Of a stretch of 64,000 nucleotides of DNA, positions 26,053 through 37,002 are shown piece by piece (position 1 is the stretch's first letter; every line of letters begins with the position of its first letter). The position numbers were made by a program, and so were the translations under genes. The stretch comes from Euglena gracilis. Taxonomy: Eukaryota. Under the pieces are notes generated by a model, which was not told the origin of the DNA, did not search any database, and saw only the letters and a list, made by a program, of their open reading frames with translations. The DNA is taken from positions 15,642,140-15,706,139 of the forward strand of contig CP154954.1 in NCBI GenBank assembly GCA_039621445.1, read 5' to 3'.

Positions 26053-27839
26053 TACACGCATACGTACATGTAGCATATTGCACTCACAGACACATTCAAA
26101 AACAAGCACACACATTGCCATGCATTTGGATAATATGTTACGCACCATCATACACTTTTATTTTCCCTTGTGGGAAGCATGCCTATTTTTTTTTTTTGAC
26201 AGGGCAATTCTGCTCGAAATATTTATTTCCTCGCGTAACAAGTTTTTTTTTTTAAAGCGTCATGGCACGAACTCGCGAAACGTTGCGCACGATTTCGGTA
26301 ATTTCATCTCTGAGCCATGTGCTTTCCTTCGCTGGGCTTGAGCGACCAACACCAGGTAGGAGTTGTCCCCGGCCTGCCCCCGGCCAGGTGACCTATCACT
26401 GGACACTTGTGGACCGCGCGGTGCTCCTGCAGTCAGCCGAGGGGTACGAGGAGGCGTATGCCGCCATGGTGGTTGGCGGCCAGTCTGCTGTGCCGTGCCA
26501 TGCCGTGCTGTGCCGGCTGGTTTTAATGTGTGCTCTCGCCCAGGTGTCGGATGTTGTGTGTTTCGGAACTGGATGAACTGGGCCAAATTGTGCCATTCCG
26601 ATGCCTGATGGAATGCTCTGATGAGATGTTCAGTTGAGACAGCACCCAGGCGACCTAACTTGCACTCAATCTGTTTTGCATGCCATTGCGCATGCGCTCA
26701 GCATTCGCTGTCCTGCAAACCCACCCTTTTGGTTCTTTAGCCCTGTGGCAACTGTTCCTTGTTTTGTCCAGTTTTAAATCCAATTCCGAAATTCCTTGAA
26801 ATGGGACAAAACACCCGTGCTCAGTCCCACGTTTTTGTACCCCTCAATCTATTTCTGTCCCTCCTGTGCAAGCCAGGTGAAACTTCTGCCCTTTGTGTTG
26901 CTTTGTGAAGTGCTGTGGCATGTATAGGGTTCCTGCCAAGTCATCCAGGGGGTGGACTCTACATCTACACTGTTCCCCCCCTTGTCTAAGCCCCCCCTCC
27001 CCGGTGATGACCCATCTTTTTAAAGGTCATCTTCTCGCGGAGGCTTTTTTTGTGTGCTTTTTTAGAAAATTTTCTCGAGAGTTTGAAAATTATTGAAACC
27101 TCTGAAGCCTGATATGGTGAGACATTGTTGATTTTTGCATCCAAATGCCTGTGAGTGCAATAGTGGACCTCCAAAATAAGGGTAACCCCCCCTAATAGAA
27201 GCACGGGGCCGCTACAAGCGCAGGGTCCAAATAAAAGCGCACCCCCCCACCGCCGAAAGCGGCGGTCTGCTACAAGCGCACCCCCCATTTTGATAGGATT
27301 TCTAAAGGAAATCAACAAAAATCGCGCAGGTACGGCCCAAATAGAAGCGCACCCGTGCTTCAATTGGGGGGGGGTTAATTTTTCCTTTTTGGCGTGAAGT
27401 GCCGGATTTTTTTTTTGCAAGTCAAAATTTCCCCCTTGTCCAAGTACCAGCCCCCTGATGCTTACAAATGTTTTCCAGTGCTTAGACAAGGGGGGGGGGG
27501 GTATGCTCCCGATTCTCTGGCACTCCGTGTTTTCAGCTTCTCCCAACTCTGAAATAGCCCGGCTTGCACGTCTCATTTCCAAGGCACGGCGGTCTGCTGG
27601 GGACCAACAACGGGCGCGGCAGCTGCTGGCGGCCAACCCGCTGCTGGACCCGCCGGATAAGGCGTGGGCCGCCCTGGCTGCCCAGCCAGGGCTCAATGGG
27701 AATCCCCGCAACCCTGTGGGTGGTGGGTGGGGGGGGGCCGACCCCCCCACCAGGCCTTCCCGCACAGCCCTGCGCCCAGCTGGAGCACGCGGAGGCCGGC
27801 CGGCCATGGGACGGCGTGTTCTACTTCAAAGAGAAGTGA
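75..27839 (+). CDS. Membrane receptor-type class III adenylate cyclase (TM - extracellular region - TM - HAMP-like - cyclase - C-terminal helical tail), 5'-partial, about 29 exons
   Basis: Inferred exons: 75-215, 1492-1591, 1846-1881, 4486-4575, 5156-5287, 5823-5900, 6765-6849, 8059-8159, 8556-8602, 10087-10194, 10517-10569, 11184-11269, 12917-13026, 13799-13894, 14446-14598, 17392-17431, 18095-18208, 18610-18660, 19180-19257, 19701-19799, 20246-20290, 21147-21187, 22073-22166, 22537-22614, 22977-~23021, ~23416-23503, ~26378-26477, 27602-27683, 27778-27839. Joined, they give TIMFADIEGFST...GTIDKFIGDCIMAMWNAP...FRAGIHTGECLVGNFGCSYRVSYTCLGDGVNLSSRLEALNKKFG...WDGVFYFKEK*. A few boundaries (5287-6765, 23021-26378) are approximate. 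Confidence 0.9.
6290..6384. repeat. 48-bp tandem duplication
   Basis: gatgcagaattcactcctacccctcatttttgccaaatgttgatgat occurs twice. Confidence 0.9.
10195..10516 (+). other. Nonconventional intron with residual 8-bp TSD
   Basis: Flanks are ctgcaaag (10190-10197) and ctgcagag (10512-10519), with imperfect terminal pairing. Removal gives WTCLQSNDAL. Confidence 0.75.
10828..10979. mobile_element. CAGGG-ended MITE with 8-bp TSD (hAT-like)
   Basis: cagggatttt ... aaatcccctg, with TSD tctccact on both sides. Confidence 0.8.
13380..13758. mobile_element. CAGGG-ended MITE with 8-bp TSD (hAT-like)
   Basis: TIR cagggtttgatataagga / tccttatatcgaaccctg, with TSD gcacaggg / ccacaggg. Confidence 0.85.
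13799..13894 (+). CDS. Adenylate cyclase exon: second transmembrane helix
   Basis: FVILGVVSAVAVLLPLSVGLWLATRLYMLARG is a hydrophobic stretch and is in frame with both flanking exons. Confidence 0.85.
13895..14445 (+). other. Nonconventional intron with 13-bp terminal stem
   Basis: aag-CAGGGCCTGTCCC ... GGGACGGGCCCTG-ccccc|G. Splicing is in frame (ARG|MDRIA). Confidence 0.85.
14446..14598 (+). CDS. Adenylate cyclase exon: HAMP-like/helical linker
   Basis: MDRIAQLQF...FRELHRFQASFVQMERGLQAFGKFVPHGVVKVL resembles the HAMP-to-cyclase linker ending F.KFVP. Confidence 0.85.
14752..14866. repeat. (GT)n/(GCGT)n microsatellite
   Basis: Direct inspection. Confidence 0.95.
18095..21187 (+). CDS. Adenylate cyclase catalytic-domain exons
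   Basis: Metal-binding Asp residues (FADIEG, IGDC), adenine-specifying Lys (DKFIG) and Thr (YTCLG), and transition-state Asn/Arg (VNLSSR) are all present. Confidence 0.92.
19389..19604. mobile_element. CAGGG-ended MITE with 8-bp TSD; related copy at 35717-35989
   Basis: cagggaatttttta ... taaaaaaacccctg, with TSD ggtccaga / ggcccaga. A very similar body occurs at 35717-35989. Confidence 0.8.
20786..21116. mobile_element. MITE, same family as the intron at 22618-22971
   Basis: TIR catgcaat / attgcatg and perfect TSD ttccttac (20778-20785, 21117-21124). The body is collinear with 22618-22971 (gtgactgactgg motifs, cggcgccgaagg hairpin, agtggagtgaccc...gggggtcggtaa end). Confidence 0.85.
21409..21667. 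mobile_element. CAGGC-ended MITE with 8-bp TSD; related to 29531-29741
   Basis: caggc...gcctg, with TSD tatgggag / aatgggag. It shares the ggcaggcacc..atagcacccc motif with 29531-29741. Confidence 0.75.
22615..22976 (+). other. Nonconventional intron that is a complete MITE (element 22618-22971)
   Basis: TIRs cagacaattgctta / taagcaattgtatg (13/14) and a perfect 8-bp flanking repeat ttcctgga at 22610-22617 and 22972-22979. Removal restores the frame (DLP|GTV). Confidence 0.8.
25963..26052. repeat. (CAGA)n microsatellite
   Basis: Direct inspection. Confidence 0.9.
26975..27501. mobile_element. PolyC/polyG-capped MITE (ttgtctaagc TIR); partial copy ~33608-33900
   Basis: Cn-ttgtctaagc ... gcttagacaa-Gn. 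A homologous body occurs at 33608-33900. Confidence 0.7.
27684..27777 (+). other. Short nonconventional intron with residual 8-bp TSD
   Basis: agc-CAGGGCT...AGCCCTG-cgccc, with flanks tgcccagc / cgcccagc. Removal gives AALAAQLEH. Confidence 0.8.
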
Positions 27840-28364
27840 GGGAACCGGAAAATTTGGCCCAGGCTTCGCCGGACTGCTGTCTGATTGGGAAGGGACGCCT
27901 CTCCCGTGGAAGTGGAGTAGGGGGGTGGCGAATCCCACCCAGTTTGGACCCCTGGTCGGTTGAATACCTTGGCCTGTTTGGGGGTGTCACAGTGTCACAA
28001 ACAGGGGTGTCCCAGAAAGCCAGGATTCAGTCGGTCGGGATTGGGAAACAAATAGCAGTTCAGGGCTGGGGCTCTTGGTGATAATCCGCAATTGTCGAGG
28101 GTAGTCCGCAAGGGACGGGATTTTTTTTAAATGGACCCCCCCCCCCCGGGCCAAAGGGTCGACCAAGTGCTGGTCTGGGGCTTGAACGGGGTTGAAAGTG
28201 TTCAAATTACTTTTTTTGATGTTTTGGCTGGTTTGGCAAAGGTCTAAGGATGCCAGAAATCAATTCCCCCCATGATTTCGACCTGTTTTTGCCGAAAAGT
28301 CTTTTTTTTGCCATTTTTTTTGGCCATTTTTCCTTTGTGGATTTTCAGTTGAATGTGCTGGGGC

Positions 28365-28661
28365 CAGGCCGTATGTTAGTCGGGTGCCGACCCCACCCCG
28401 GAGGGGGGGGGGGTGCCTGCCTGGGCAAGTACTCCAAGGCACAAAAATCCGACCCCCCGGTTGGGGGAAGGGCACTCGGTCAAAAGTGCCTAGCAGGCAC
28501 TCCTGCGCCGAAGGCGCGGAAGGCTCAAACAAAGCCTATTTTCAAGGAAAATGGCCTATTTTCTGAGGAAAGTTCCTGGGCACACGCTGAAATCCGACCC
28601 CCCCCGGGGTAGGCACTCAAGTCCGGACCCCCCTCCCCCGGGGGGTGGTAAAAACAGCCTG
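28365..28661. mobile_element. CAGGC-ended MITE with perfect 8-bp TSD
   Basis: caggccgt...acagcctg, with TSD gctggggc on both sides. An empty-site paralog lies near 32535-32580. Confidence 0.85.
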
Positions 28662-29530
28662 GCTGGGGCAGCGTTTTTCTTCTTTCTGAAGGACCGCCCT
28701 GCGATTACCCCCCCCCCCCCCGGGAAACTGTCATGCCCGAGAGCCTGTCAGGGACCCGCCCGGGAAACTGTCAGGGTCCCTGTTACCGGCCAACCTGTCA
28801 TGATAGGAAGTTGTCAGGGTCCCCAGTACTGGCCAACCTGTCAGGTGACAGTTTCCCGGGGGGGGGGTTGTAATTTCCAACCCCGACCTTGGGGCACAAG
28901 GCAGATTCACCTCGCATTTTTGATTCCTTTATGGTTTTGTGGTGGATGAACTGTTCAGTTTTTGGGTAGCCAACTCTGGGGTTGGTAAGGGGTTGCTGGT
29001 GTTGTTGGGTGGGGATGCCCGGTGTGACCGTGTGCGTGACAGTGAGTGTAAACAAGTGTGTAAGAGTGTCTGCAACAGCGGAAAACACGTAAATAGATCT
29101 GATGGCGGAAAAGCCCGACCAAAAAAATAGATCAGGGGGTCTCACCATACGCCACCTTCCCACTAACTACCTCTTTACGAAGTCTTTCATCATCCCGCAT
29201 TGGAAAGTGTCCACAGCTTGCAGGAGCTCGACACAAAGCACTCCATTCTTCTTTCTTGTCTGATTGACCTCCAAGCTGGTTTCGGTGCACATTTCTGAAG
29301 AGGAAGGTTCCTTGCCCATGCATTTTCAGGATTGCGTGACAAAGTACGAGTTCTTTGCTTTCTACTTTGACCCAGAATTCACAGCTGTCAAATAAGATGC
29401 TAAAGGGCAATTCTGCGGTGCGGTCGTTGCAGCCCCGATCGACCCGACCCAACCCTCCCTCCACAGCCGGCCCCCCCCAGGGAAGGGGGGTTGCGTGCTG
29501 TGGGCCCACGAGGTCGTGACACCGGAGAAC

Positions 29531-29741
29531 CAGGCTTTTTTTTTTTTAGTTGGGTGCCTACTCCACGGGGGGTGGGTGGACAGGCACCCCTGTCCGGGAA
29601 ACGATCCCGTTTTCTTTACCCTGTTGGCAAGGACCCAGCCGACCCTGGGTACCCCGGGCTGCCCCCCCCCCCCCCCCGGGGGTGTGCCTGCTATGGGCAG
29701 GCACCCCATAGCACCCCCCCGGTCGGTAAAAAAAAAGCCTG
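29531..29741. mobile_element. CAGGC-ended MITE with 8-bp TSD
   Basis: caggcttttttt ... aaaaaaagcctg, with TSD cggagaac / cggggaac. Confidence 0.8.
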
Positions 29742-31820
29742 CGGGGAACTGTTCGGGCCCCCGGTGCTGGCAAACCTGCGAGGCGGGAGTCTCCCGAGGG
29801 CCAGGTGTGAGCTCAGGCATCTCAGCCCAACCCATCTCCGGCCTTCTGCTGGTTGTGGCTCAGGCTTCAGAGGCTGTTTTCGCTGTGCCCGCACGCCAAG
29901 GTTTATGCCGGAAAGTGGAAACAAGGTTCGGTCAGCACCGGCCAGTCCCCATGCTGTTCTCTCTAACCCTCCTCCAACCGAGTGCTTTCCCTCCGCCCAA
30001 GTGGTTCCGGCAAGGAAGTGTGGGCTACAAGGGCCCCTTTCGCCGTTGTAGACCCCCTTCCTCAGCCCCCCAATTTTTTCGGCTTCTCTCATTCTGTCTC
30101 TGCTCAATAGCACTCGGCCGAGCAACCTGTGCCCGGAGAACAATGTTTGACAAGGGACAACAAGAGGCACGTTTTTTTCAGCGTTCGATGGAAGGCCACC
30201 CCCCTGCTCTCTGTCCGTTGTTTTTTTCAAATTATGCCTGGGACTTTGGGGTGCCTGGGCCAAGCAGTTTAAGCCTAAATTTTGCCTTTTCTGCGCCTCT
30301 GGGTGATCATCGGAGTGCGTTTTTGCCGATCAGCATTTGGATGTTCTGGTGTGCCAATCATCAACCCCAGGGGACTTGGCTTTGATTTGAAGGCAGCGAT
30401 GCACACCCAGTTCTAAAAGCCCCCACATCACGATTGAGACGGATGGGAATGGTGCACGTTGCAGCCCAGAAGGAAACAGAAGCCAGCAGGCTGCAGGCCG
30501 CATCAGCTGCAGTTATACGCATCCCTGTGGTTTCTCACTGAGCCGGTCAGTGCCGACCAATCCCCTCCCTTTTTCTGCAACCACACGCATACCAACCGCA
30601 ACCATGTCCATCCGTGGACTTGTCACCCATGCACTTGCACACGAGCACTCTCGTCGCGCTACCACTGCATGTCGGCTGGCATCGCCCCATTCCCTCCTGC
30701 CACGCATGGCAAAGTGCTCGCCATACGCCAGCGTGTCGCGCAGTCGTCGTCCGTGGGCAAGCACCCATGTGAAGTGCCTCTGATCTATGGTGACTCCAAC
30801 GAGAGGCCCTCAGCCTAGGGGACAAACGTCCATCCGAGATCATGCAACGTTGAGATGTGCCTTCCCATGGAACCGATTTTTTTTTGATCCACTCCCTTGA
30901 TTTCCTATTGTTGGCCGAGCCACCAAGCCTGTATTGTATTGTATTGTGTTGTATTGTATTGTATTGTATGTTATTTTATTTTATTGTATTTTAATGTATT
31001 GTATTGTATTGTATTATATTGTATGTGTACCTCCATACAGTTTCCACGTTTTACTTTTGCGCAGCTCTTCTCAAGGGTCAGTCGTCTGAGGCTGGAAAGT
31101 TGACGTCCCCTGAGATCCCATGAATACAATTGATTCAAATAAAACCAGTTTGTCCATGCTGACGTCTCGTCGGTAGATGTTTTCCCAAGTTATTGCCTCT
31201 TGAGGTAACAATTTAAAATAAAATAACATGAGGGTAAGTTGCTTGAAACGATGTTTTTTGGCCTCCCGGACCCGGAAAAATTGTTTCTGAGCCGAAACTG
31301 AGTGTTTTGTCCAAACCCATGGATTTGTCCCGAAACCCATGGATTTCGGATCATTTCTGGGTCAAAAAGTCGACAAATTCGAAATAACTTTTTACCCGAA
31401 AAACAGGGTCCCAGTGGAACGCATTTGAGGACTTTTTCTTTGAAGGATCCATTTTCTGCCGCCTGTTCGGGGCCTACCTAAAAGTTGCTGAGGCTATGGG
31501 TGCTTGCTGGTGACTCACGCGGGTCACGAACCTTCCTGTGCCAGCCCTCTGGCAGCGCAATGTATTTGTGTCTTTATCATTGGACGGGAGGAAGTGCCAA
31601 ACAATCTGTTGTGTGTCAGACTGGGCGGTTACACCGCCTCAAATGCCAATGCCCCAAACCGGATTTTTGATTACCTCCTGTCGTACTGAACCATCATGCT
31701 TTGCAGATCTCCTCTTAATCCCGTCAACCTTCCCATGCTAAGGTTCCCGGCGAGTCATCTTGGCCCCACAAGTTGCATATCACTGGCTGATCTCTGGTCT
31801 GCCTTTTCACTGTGTTAATG

Positions 31821-31846
31821 ACACACACACACACACATACGCATGT

Positions 31847-31897
<51 letters not shown>

Positions 31898-31915
31898 CGC
31901 ACACACGCACACACA
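31821..31915. repeat. (CA)n microsatellite
   Basis: Direct inspection. Confidence 0.95.
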
Positions 31916-34900
31916 AACAGGACTATTTGCACGTGTGCATGAACATGCCTGCCCACCTACCCACCCACCCACACTCACGTACACACATACACACAGACAC
32001 ACATGTACACACGCACCACTCACTCCACACTCCACACTCCACACTCACTCACTACTGTGCACGCACGCGTTTTACCTTTGCATCCTCGGTTGACCGCCGT
32101 GGTCACCGACAATTTCTTCGAAAGGGTGCCTTGTTTGTTCAGAGTGTTCTGCAATTTAGCAATTTTTCCAATTTTGAATGCTTCCAGGCGTGTGGTGACA
32201 TTTTGGAAACGGGATATTGACAGGGTAGAAATTTGTTGCGGAGACAAACCTTTGTTCTGTTTCATTGAATTTGTTTTCTTTCATGACTCCTTTCTCTTCC
32301 TGTTCCGTTTTTCCAACTCTGGTGTCCCAACAGTTATGCAACAACTTCCTGAGTGCCAGGGCGGTCCAAAAGGGATGGGAAGTCTTCTTTTCCCTTTAGC
32401 ACCACCCCTACAGGACCGCCATTTGGCCCAAGGGATGGTCCAAGGATGCCAGAAATAGCTTTTTTCTCAGAGTCGACCCATTTTCGCCAAAATATGGCCA
32501 TTTTTTCTTCCATTCTTTCTTATGAATTTTTCATTGAATGTGCTGGGACGGGAATTTTTTTTCCGTTAAGGACTGCCCTGCTGAGTGCTGATGAAAATGC
32601 TTTTGGTTTTGCACTTGAACATGTATTGAGAATTTGTGCTAATGTCCGACCCCCGAGAACCTGTCAGGTGCCCGCTCTGGAAACTGTCAGGGTTCTTCCT
32701 GCTGACCAACCCGACAAAGCCCGTGGCTGGGGGGTGGGTACTTCCTGGGTGGTATTGCGAACCCTGGTTTGCACTTCTCGGGTGGTAGGGCCTTTTCGGT
32801 CAGAAGTTTGATGCCAATGCGACAAACGTTGTATGAATGCCAGCACCAAGGCCCCTGGCAGGTTTTGGGTCATGACAGTTTCTTGTTGGGGAGGTGTGCT
32901 TCTTGAGTGACACTGAGAAAGAAAAACGAGGAAACAAAAAAAAAAGACTTATGTGGTTCCAGTCAAATATACAATTCTGTCTGACGGCGTGGATCTTTTG
33001 GGCGAAATCGAACAATTTGTTTCACATCGAGCTTTAGGCTGTTGTTCTTGATTGTTTGTTCTTGTTTGTGGGTACAACAAAAACGTTGTAACCCAGCCTA
33101 CTAGGGGAACTGTATGATCGCCACTGTCCTGGTTCTTCCCCACAGGAGGCATTTTTTCTCATGCATTTTTATGACTCGTGGCTCAAAATATTCGATGTTG
33201 CAAATTGTTAGTTTTTGCTTCTTAATGCCTGGACACATTTCTAAAATGAAGTATTTTTTTTTAACCTTCTGACTGCGAAGGGCCAATATTTTCCCCTGTC
33301 CTTTCCCCCCCCCCCCCGGACTGCACAACGACCCGGGCAACCCCCGCCCACGGACTGCGCAAATTATTGGACCATGGTTTCAGACTTTCAGGGATGCGAC
33401 ACTTATTTGGGCACCGCCCGAAAGCGGTTCAGTAGCTCTTTGGGGGGTTTGCACTTTTTTAGGCTTCACTTTTGGCCCCTCAGGGGTGTGACGTTGGGAG
33501 GGGGGTTTCCCCAAATTTCGGCAAAACAGGCATCCCCCCAGTTCTGACCCATATTTTCCGGTGCTGAGGCAAGAGGAGGAGGAGGTTCAAGCCTACAAGC
33601 CTACCTCCCCCCCCCCCTTGTCTAAGCCCCCCCCCCCCCCCGATTCTTACCCATCTTTTTAAAGGTCATCGTCACGGGGATGATTATTTTGTGTGCATTT
33701 TTAAGGGAAATTTCTCAAAAATTTCGAAATTTTTGCAACTTCTGACACCTGATTTGGTGAGGTATTGTTGATTTCTGCATCCAAATGTGTGTGAGTTCAA
33801 CAGTGGACCTCCAAAATAAGGGGAGTTTTTCCTTTTCGGCGCGAAGCGCCGGATTTTTTTTGCAGTCAAAGCTTTCCCCCTTGTCTAAGCACCACCCCCC
33901 TGGTTCTTACCCATATTTTGGCAAAATAAGCACCCCCCCCCCCAGTTCTGACCCATATTTTCCGGTGCTCAGACAAGAGGAGGAGGAGGAGGTTCAAGCC
34001 TACGTTTGCACATGGGTGAGTTTGTCTTCTGTCAAAGCCACACGGCCCCCTCGTACAGGGACTGGCCCCAGTTTGGCCAGCCCCACCGTCCTGCTCCCGG
34101 GGTATTTGTGTGTGTTTGTCTGACCGAGTGCTTTCCCAGCACCCAAGCACCCAGCCCCCTTCTCGGTCAGGAGTCACCCTGTTGACAAGGAAGGTGCTCC
34201 AAGGCACCTGCTGGGTCTGGCATCAGGAGCGTTTGCATTGTTTTTTCGTCAGAAAGGTCCAACAGGATCCAGCGTTTTGCACCCCCCTCCCGGTTGCAGT
34301 TCGACGTGAGTTCTGCCCGACAATTTGTCAAAAATCTTTGAAAATGCACACTGGGCAAAGTCAGGGACCAACAAATTATGCACGTTGGCGATCCCAGTGT
34401 CTCTTTGGTCCCTCTCTGTCGGGGGCAGGGGTATTACTCACTTGGCCTGGAGTATTGGTGACTTTGCTGGGTTGCCCTGATGCAGTTTGGCCAAAATGGC
34501 AAGAAATGGAAAAGAATGGGGTTTTAAAATGTTGCAAAACAGGCGAGTTCCTCCTGCACGCTGATTTGCGAAATCAGGGGAACCTTCGACGCTGGACGTT
34601 GGCCGATATGTCAAAATGTGGAGTACGTGGATCCAGACACGCGCCAGGCTGGCTGGCTGGACCCCCTCCACCAGAGGTTGGTTCTCTCCTGCCCAAGAAA
34701 TCTCTTGTGGAACATATCACCTTCAACCTCAGCAAACATTTCATGTACGCAATGAGAGACGAGGCTGCCAGTGTTCACAATGTGCAGCACCAGCAAAGGC
34801 CAAAAGTGCCGACTGCAGCCCTGACCTCCTCGCAATTCCTGTCGAGCGGTGAACACGTCCCACTCCTCAATTTCCATTGTATACTTCCGTTGTGCTCCAT

Positions 34901-37002
34901 TGTGGGAGGGGAAATCTGCTGCAAGTTTTACGTCTGCATTTATTACCGTTTAGCATTTTTAACGGTTTAATTTTTTTTGTATTTTCTGATGTTTGGTCGT
35001 ATCCATGGTCCATATCCACGATCAGAACTCCTTTCAGTTACCCCCCTATGTCCAACGACAACCCCCCCCCCCCGATCAGAGGACACCTTTTCGGAGGTTT
35101 TTTTGTAGGTGCGTGAAAACCGGAGGTTTGCCAGCCCTGAAAGGCTTTTCTTCCGCCCTTGTCCTCTACCCAGCAGCCCATCGTCCATTAAAATGTTCCC
35201 TCTGGGGAGTTTTGTGCATTACGAGCGCTCCACCGGGGAGATAGTGCTTGCGGTTGTTGAAGGGGCTTCACCACACTCCCAACATTACGCCATGACATTT
35301 TCGGGTGTTTGCTAGGTTGTAGATGGAGTGAAGATGGTTGATGGAATGCAGGGATTGTCGACTGGGTATCTTTGTTTTTTTTTGTGAAATCCCGCGGCGT
35401 GAAGGTACGTTTTGGGTGCTATTTGATGAAATATTTGTTGAGAGGGCTGGAAACGGAAAGGAAAAGTTTGACTGTTTGGGGGGTTTTTTGGCAGACCCCT
35501 TTTCCAACGTCCCCCCCCCCCCCCCCCGGTCAGAGGACACCTTTTTGGTCACTACCCTATGTCCAACGCCCGCCCCCCCCCCCCCGGTCAGAGGACAGAG
35601 GTTACCGGTCGTTGGACATAGGGGAGAGGGGAGGGTAATGTCGAGGGACAGGGTGTCGTGGTCAGGCAGAGGAGGGGAAGGCATTTTTCGAATTAGTGCC
35701 ATGTTACACCCCCCAGCAGGGATTTTTTTAAGTTTGGACCCCCGGGGGGGGAGGGGGGGGTAGGGTGGGTGGGTCCGCCGGACCCCCTCCCCCCCGGGGG
35801 GGTCCCCCCCGGAGGGGGGTGGGATATAGTTTTCGGCGCCGCAGGCGCCGAAAAAATCTATTTTTAGCACTTTTTGCGATTTTTCGGCCATTTTTTGTGG
35901 GTCCCCCGGACCCCCCCCCAGGGGGGCCCCCCCAGGGGGTGGGTGGGTGGGGGGACCCCCCCCCCCCCCCCGTCTTAAAAAAACCCCTGACCCCTATGCA
36001 GAAAAGGCACTGAGAGCCAGAAAAAGGTCATTTTCTAGGGAACAGAAGAGCTAGGACCCATACAGATCTCCCAGAGAACAAGGCACCTGCCCCCCCTTCG
36101 GGATTGTGAAAAAGGAGCCTGTCCATCACCACCTTTTTGTGCGTAGTTTGTTGCACCCCTGTCATTTCTATTGCCACGTGGGGGTGGGAGGGTGGGAGGT
36201 GCAAGGGTATAAATCCACCAACCACACCAACCACCAGGGCGGGCCATAAGGGACGGGATTTTTTTTTAGTTAAGGACCGCCCCTTAAGGACCGCCCCCCC
36301 CCCCCAATACACAGAAACCCGAAAAATTGGACCCGAAAAATTTTTTTTTCGCTTTCGGCCATCAACTTTTTTTTTTACCCATTTTGGGACCCATATGAGA
36401 GGTCTCCCCAAAAACCCCTCAAAACCCCATTTTTTCACACCTTCCAAAAATTGAATATTTTCTCAAAAATTTGGGTTTGAGAGTTTTTTGAAGCAAAAAA
36501 AGCCATTGAAAATCCAAAAAATTTCCAAGAGTTTGAATGTTCCAAAATTTGGTCCTTTTTTTTTGACCTGCATTTTTTTGAACGCCCTCCTAAAAACTAA
36601 CAATTTTCAACTCTAAAATTTTGAGTTTTTTTTGGGAAAAATGTGGTTTTCCATCAAAAAAATTGTGTATTTTGGGTTCATTTTTCAAAATAATTTTCAA
36701 AATTTTCCCTGGCCAAAATCCCCTTTTCCTTATTTTTCGGTTGAAGTGTATGGGGACAGGATTTTTTTTTTGCTTAGGGACCGCCCTGGCAACCACCCAA
36801 GGTGTGTGTATGTCCTCACAGCGCTGGAATCACACCAGAGTTGCTCACCAGCTGGGGGAGCAACACAAGAGCACTGATGCAAGGGGTCCACTCACCACAC
36901 AAACTGGTCCAGAAGCGAAGTTACCGCGGCCATAAACAGACAAGAAGCCTCAGTGCAACTAAGGGGGAGGTGTGGATGGTCAAGCACAAGAATCAAGTAA
37001 AC

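Noticed and set aside
29495-30385. 296-aa ORF
   Set aside because: It runs through a MITE and has no recognisable motifs.
34110-34970. 286-aa ORF
   Set aside because: No recognisable domain and no exon-like codon bias. It could be a decayed repeat but is unsupported.
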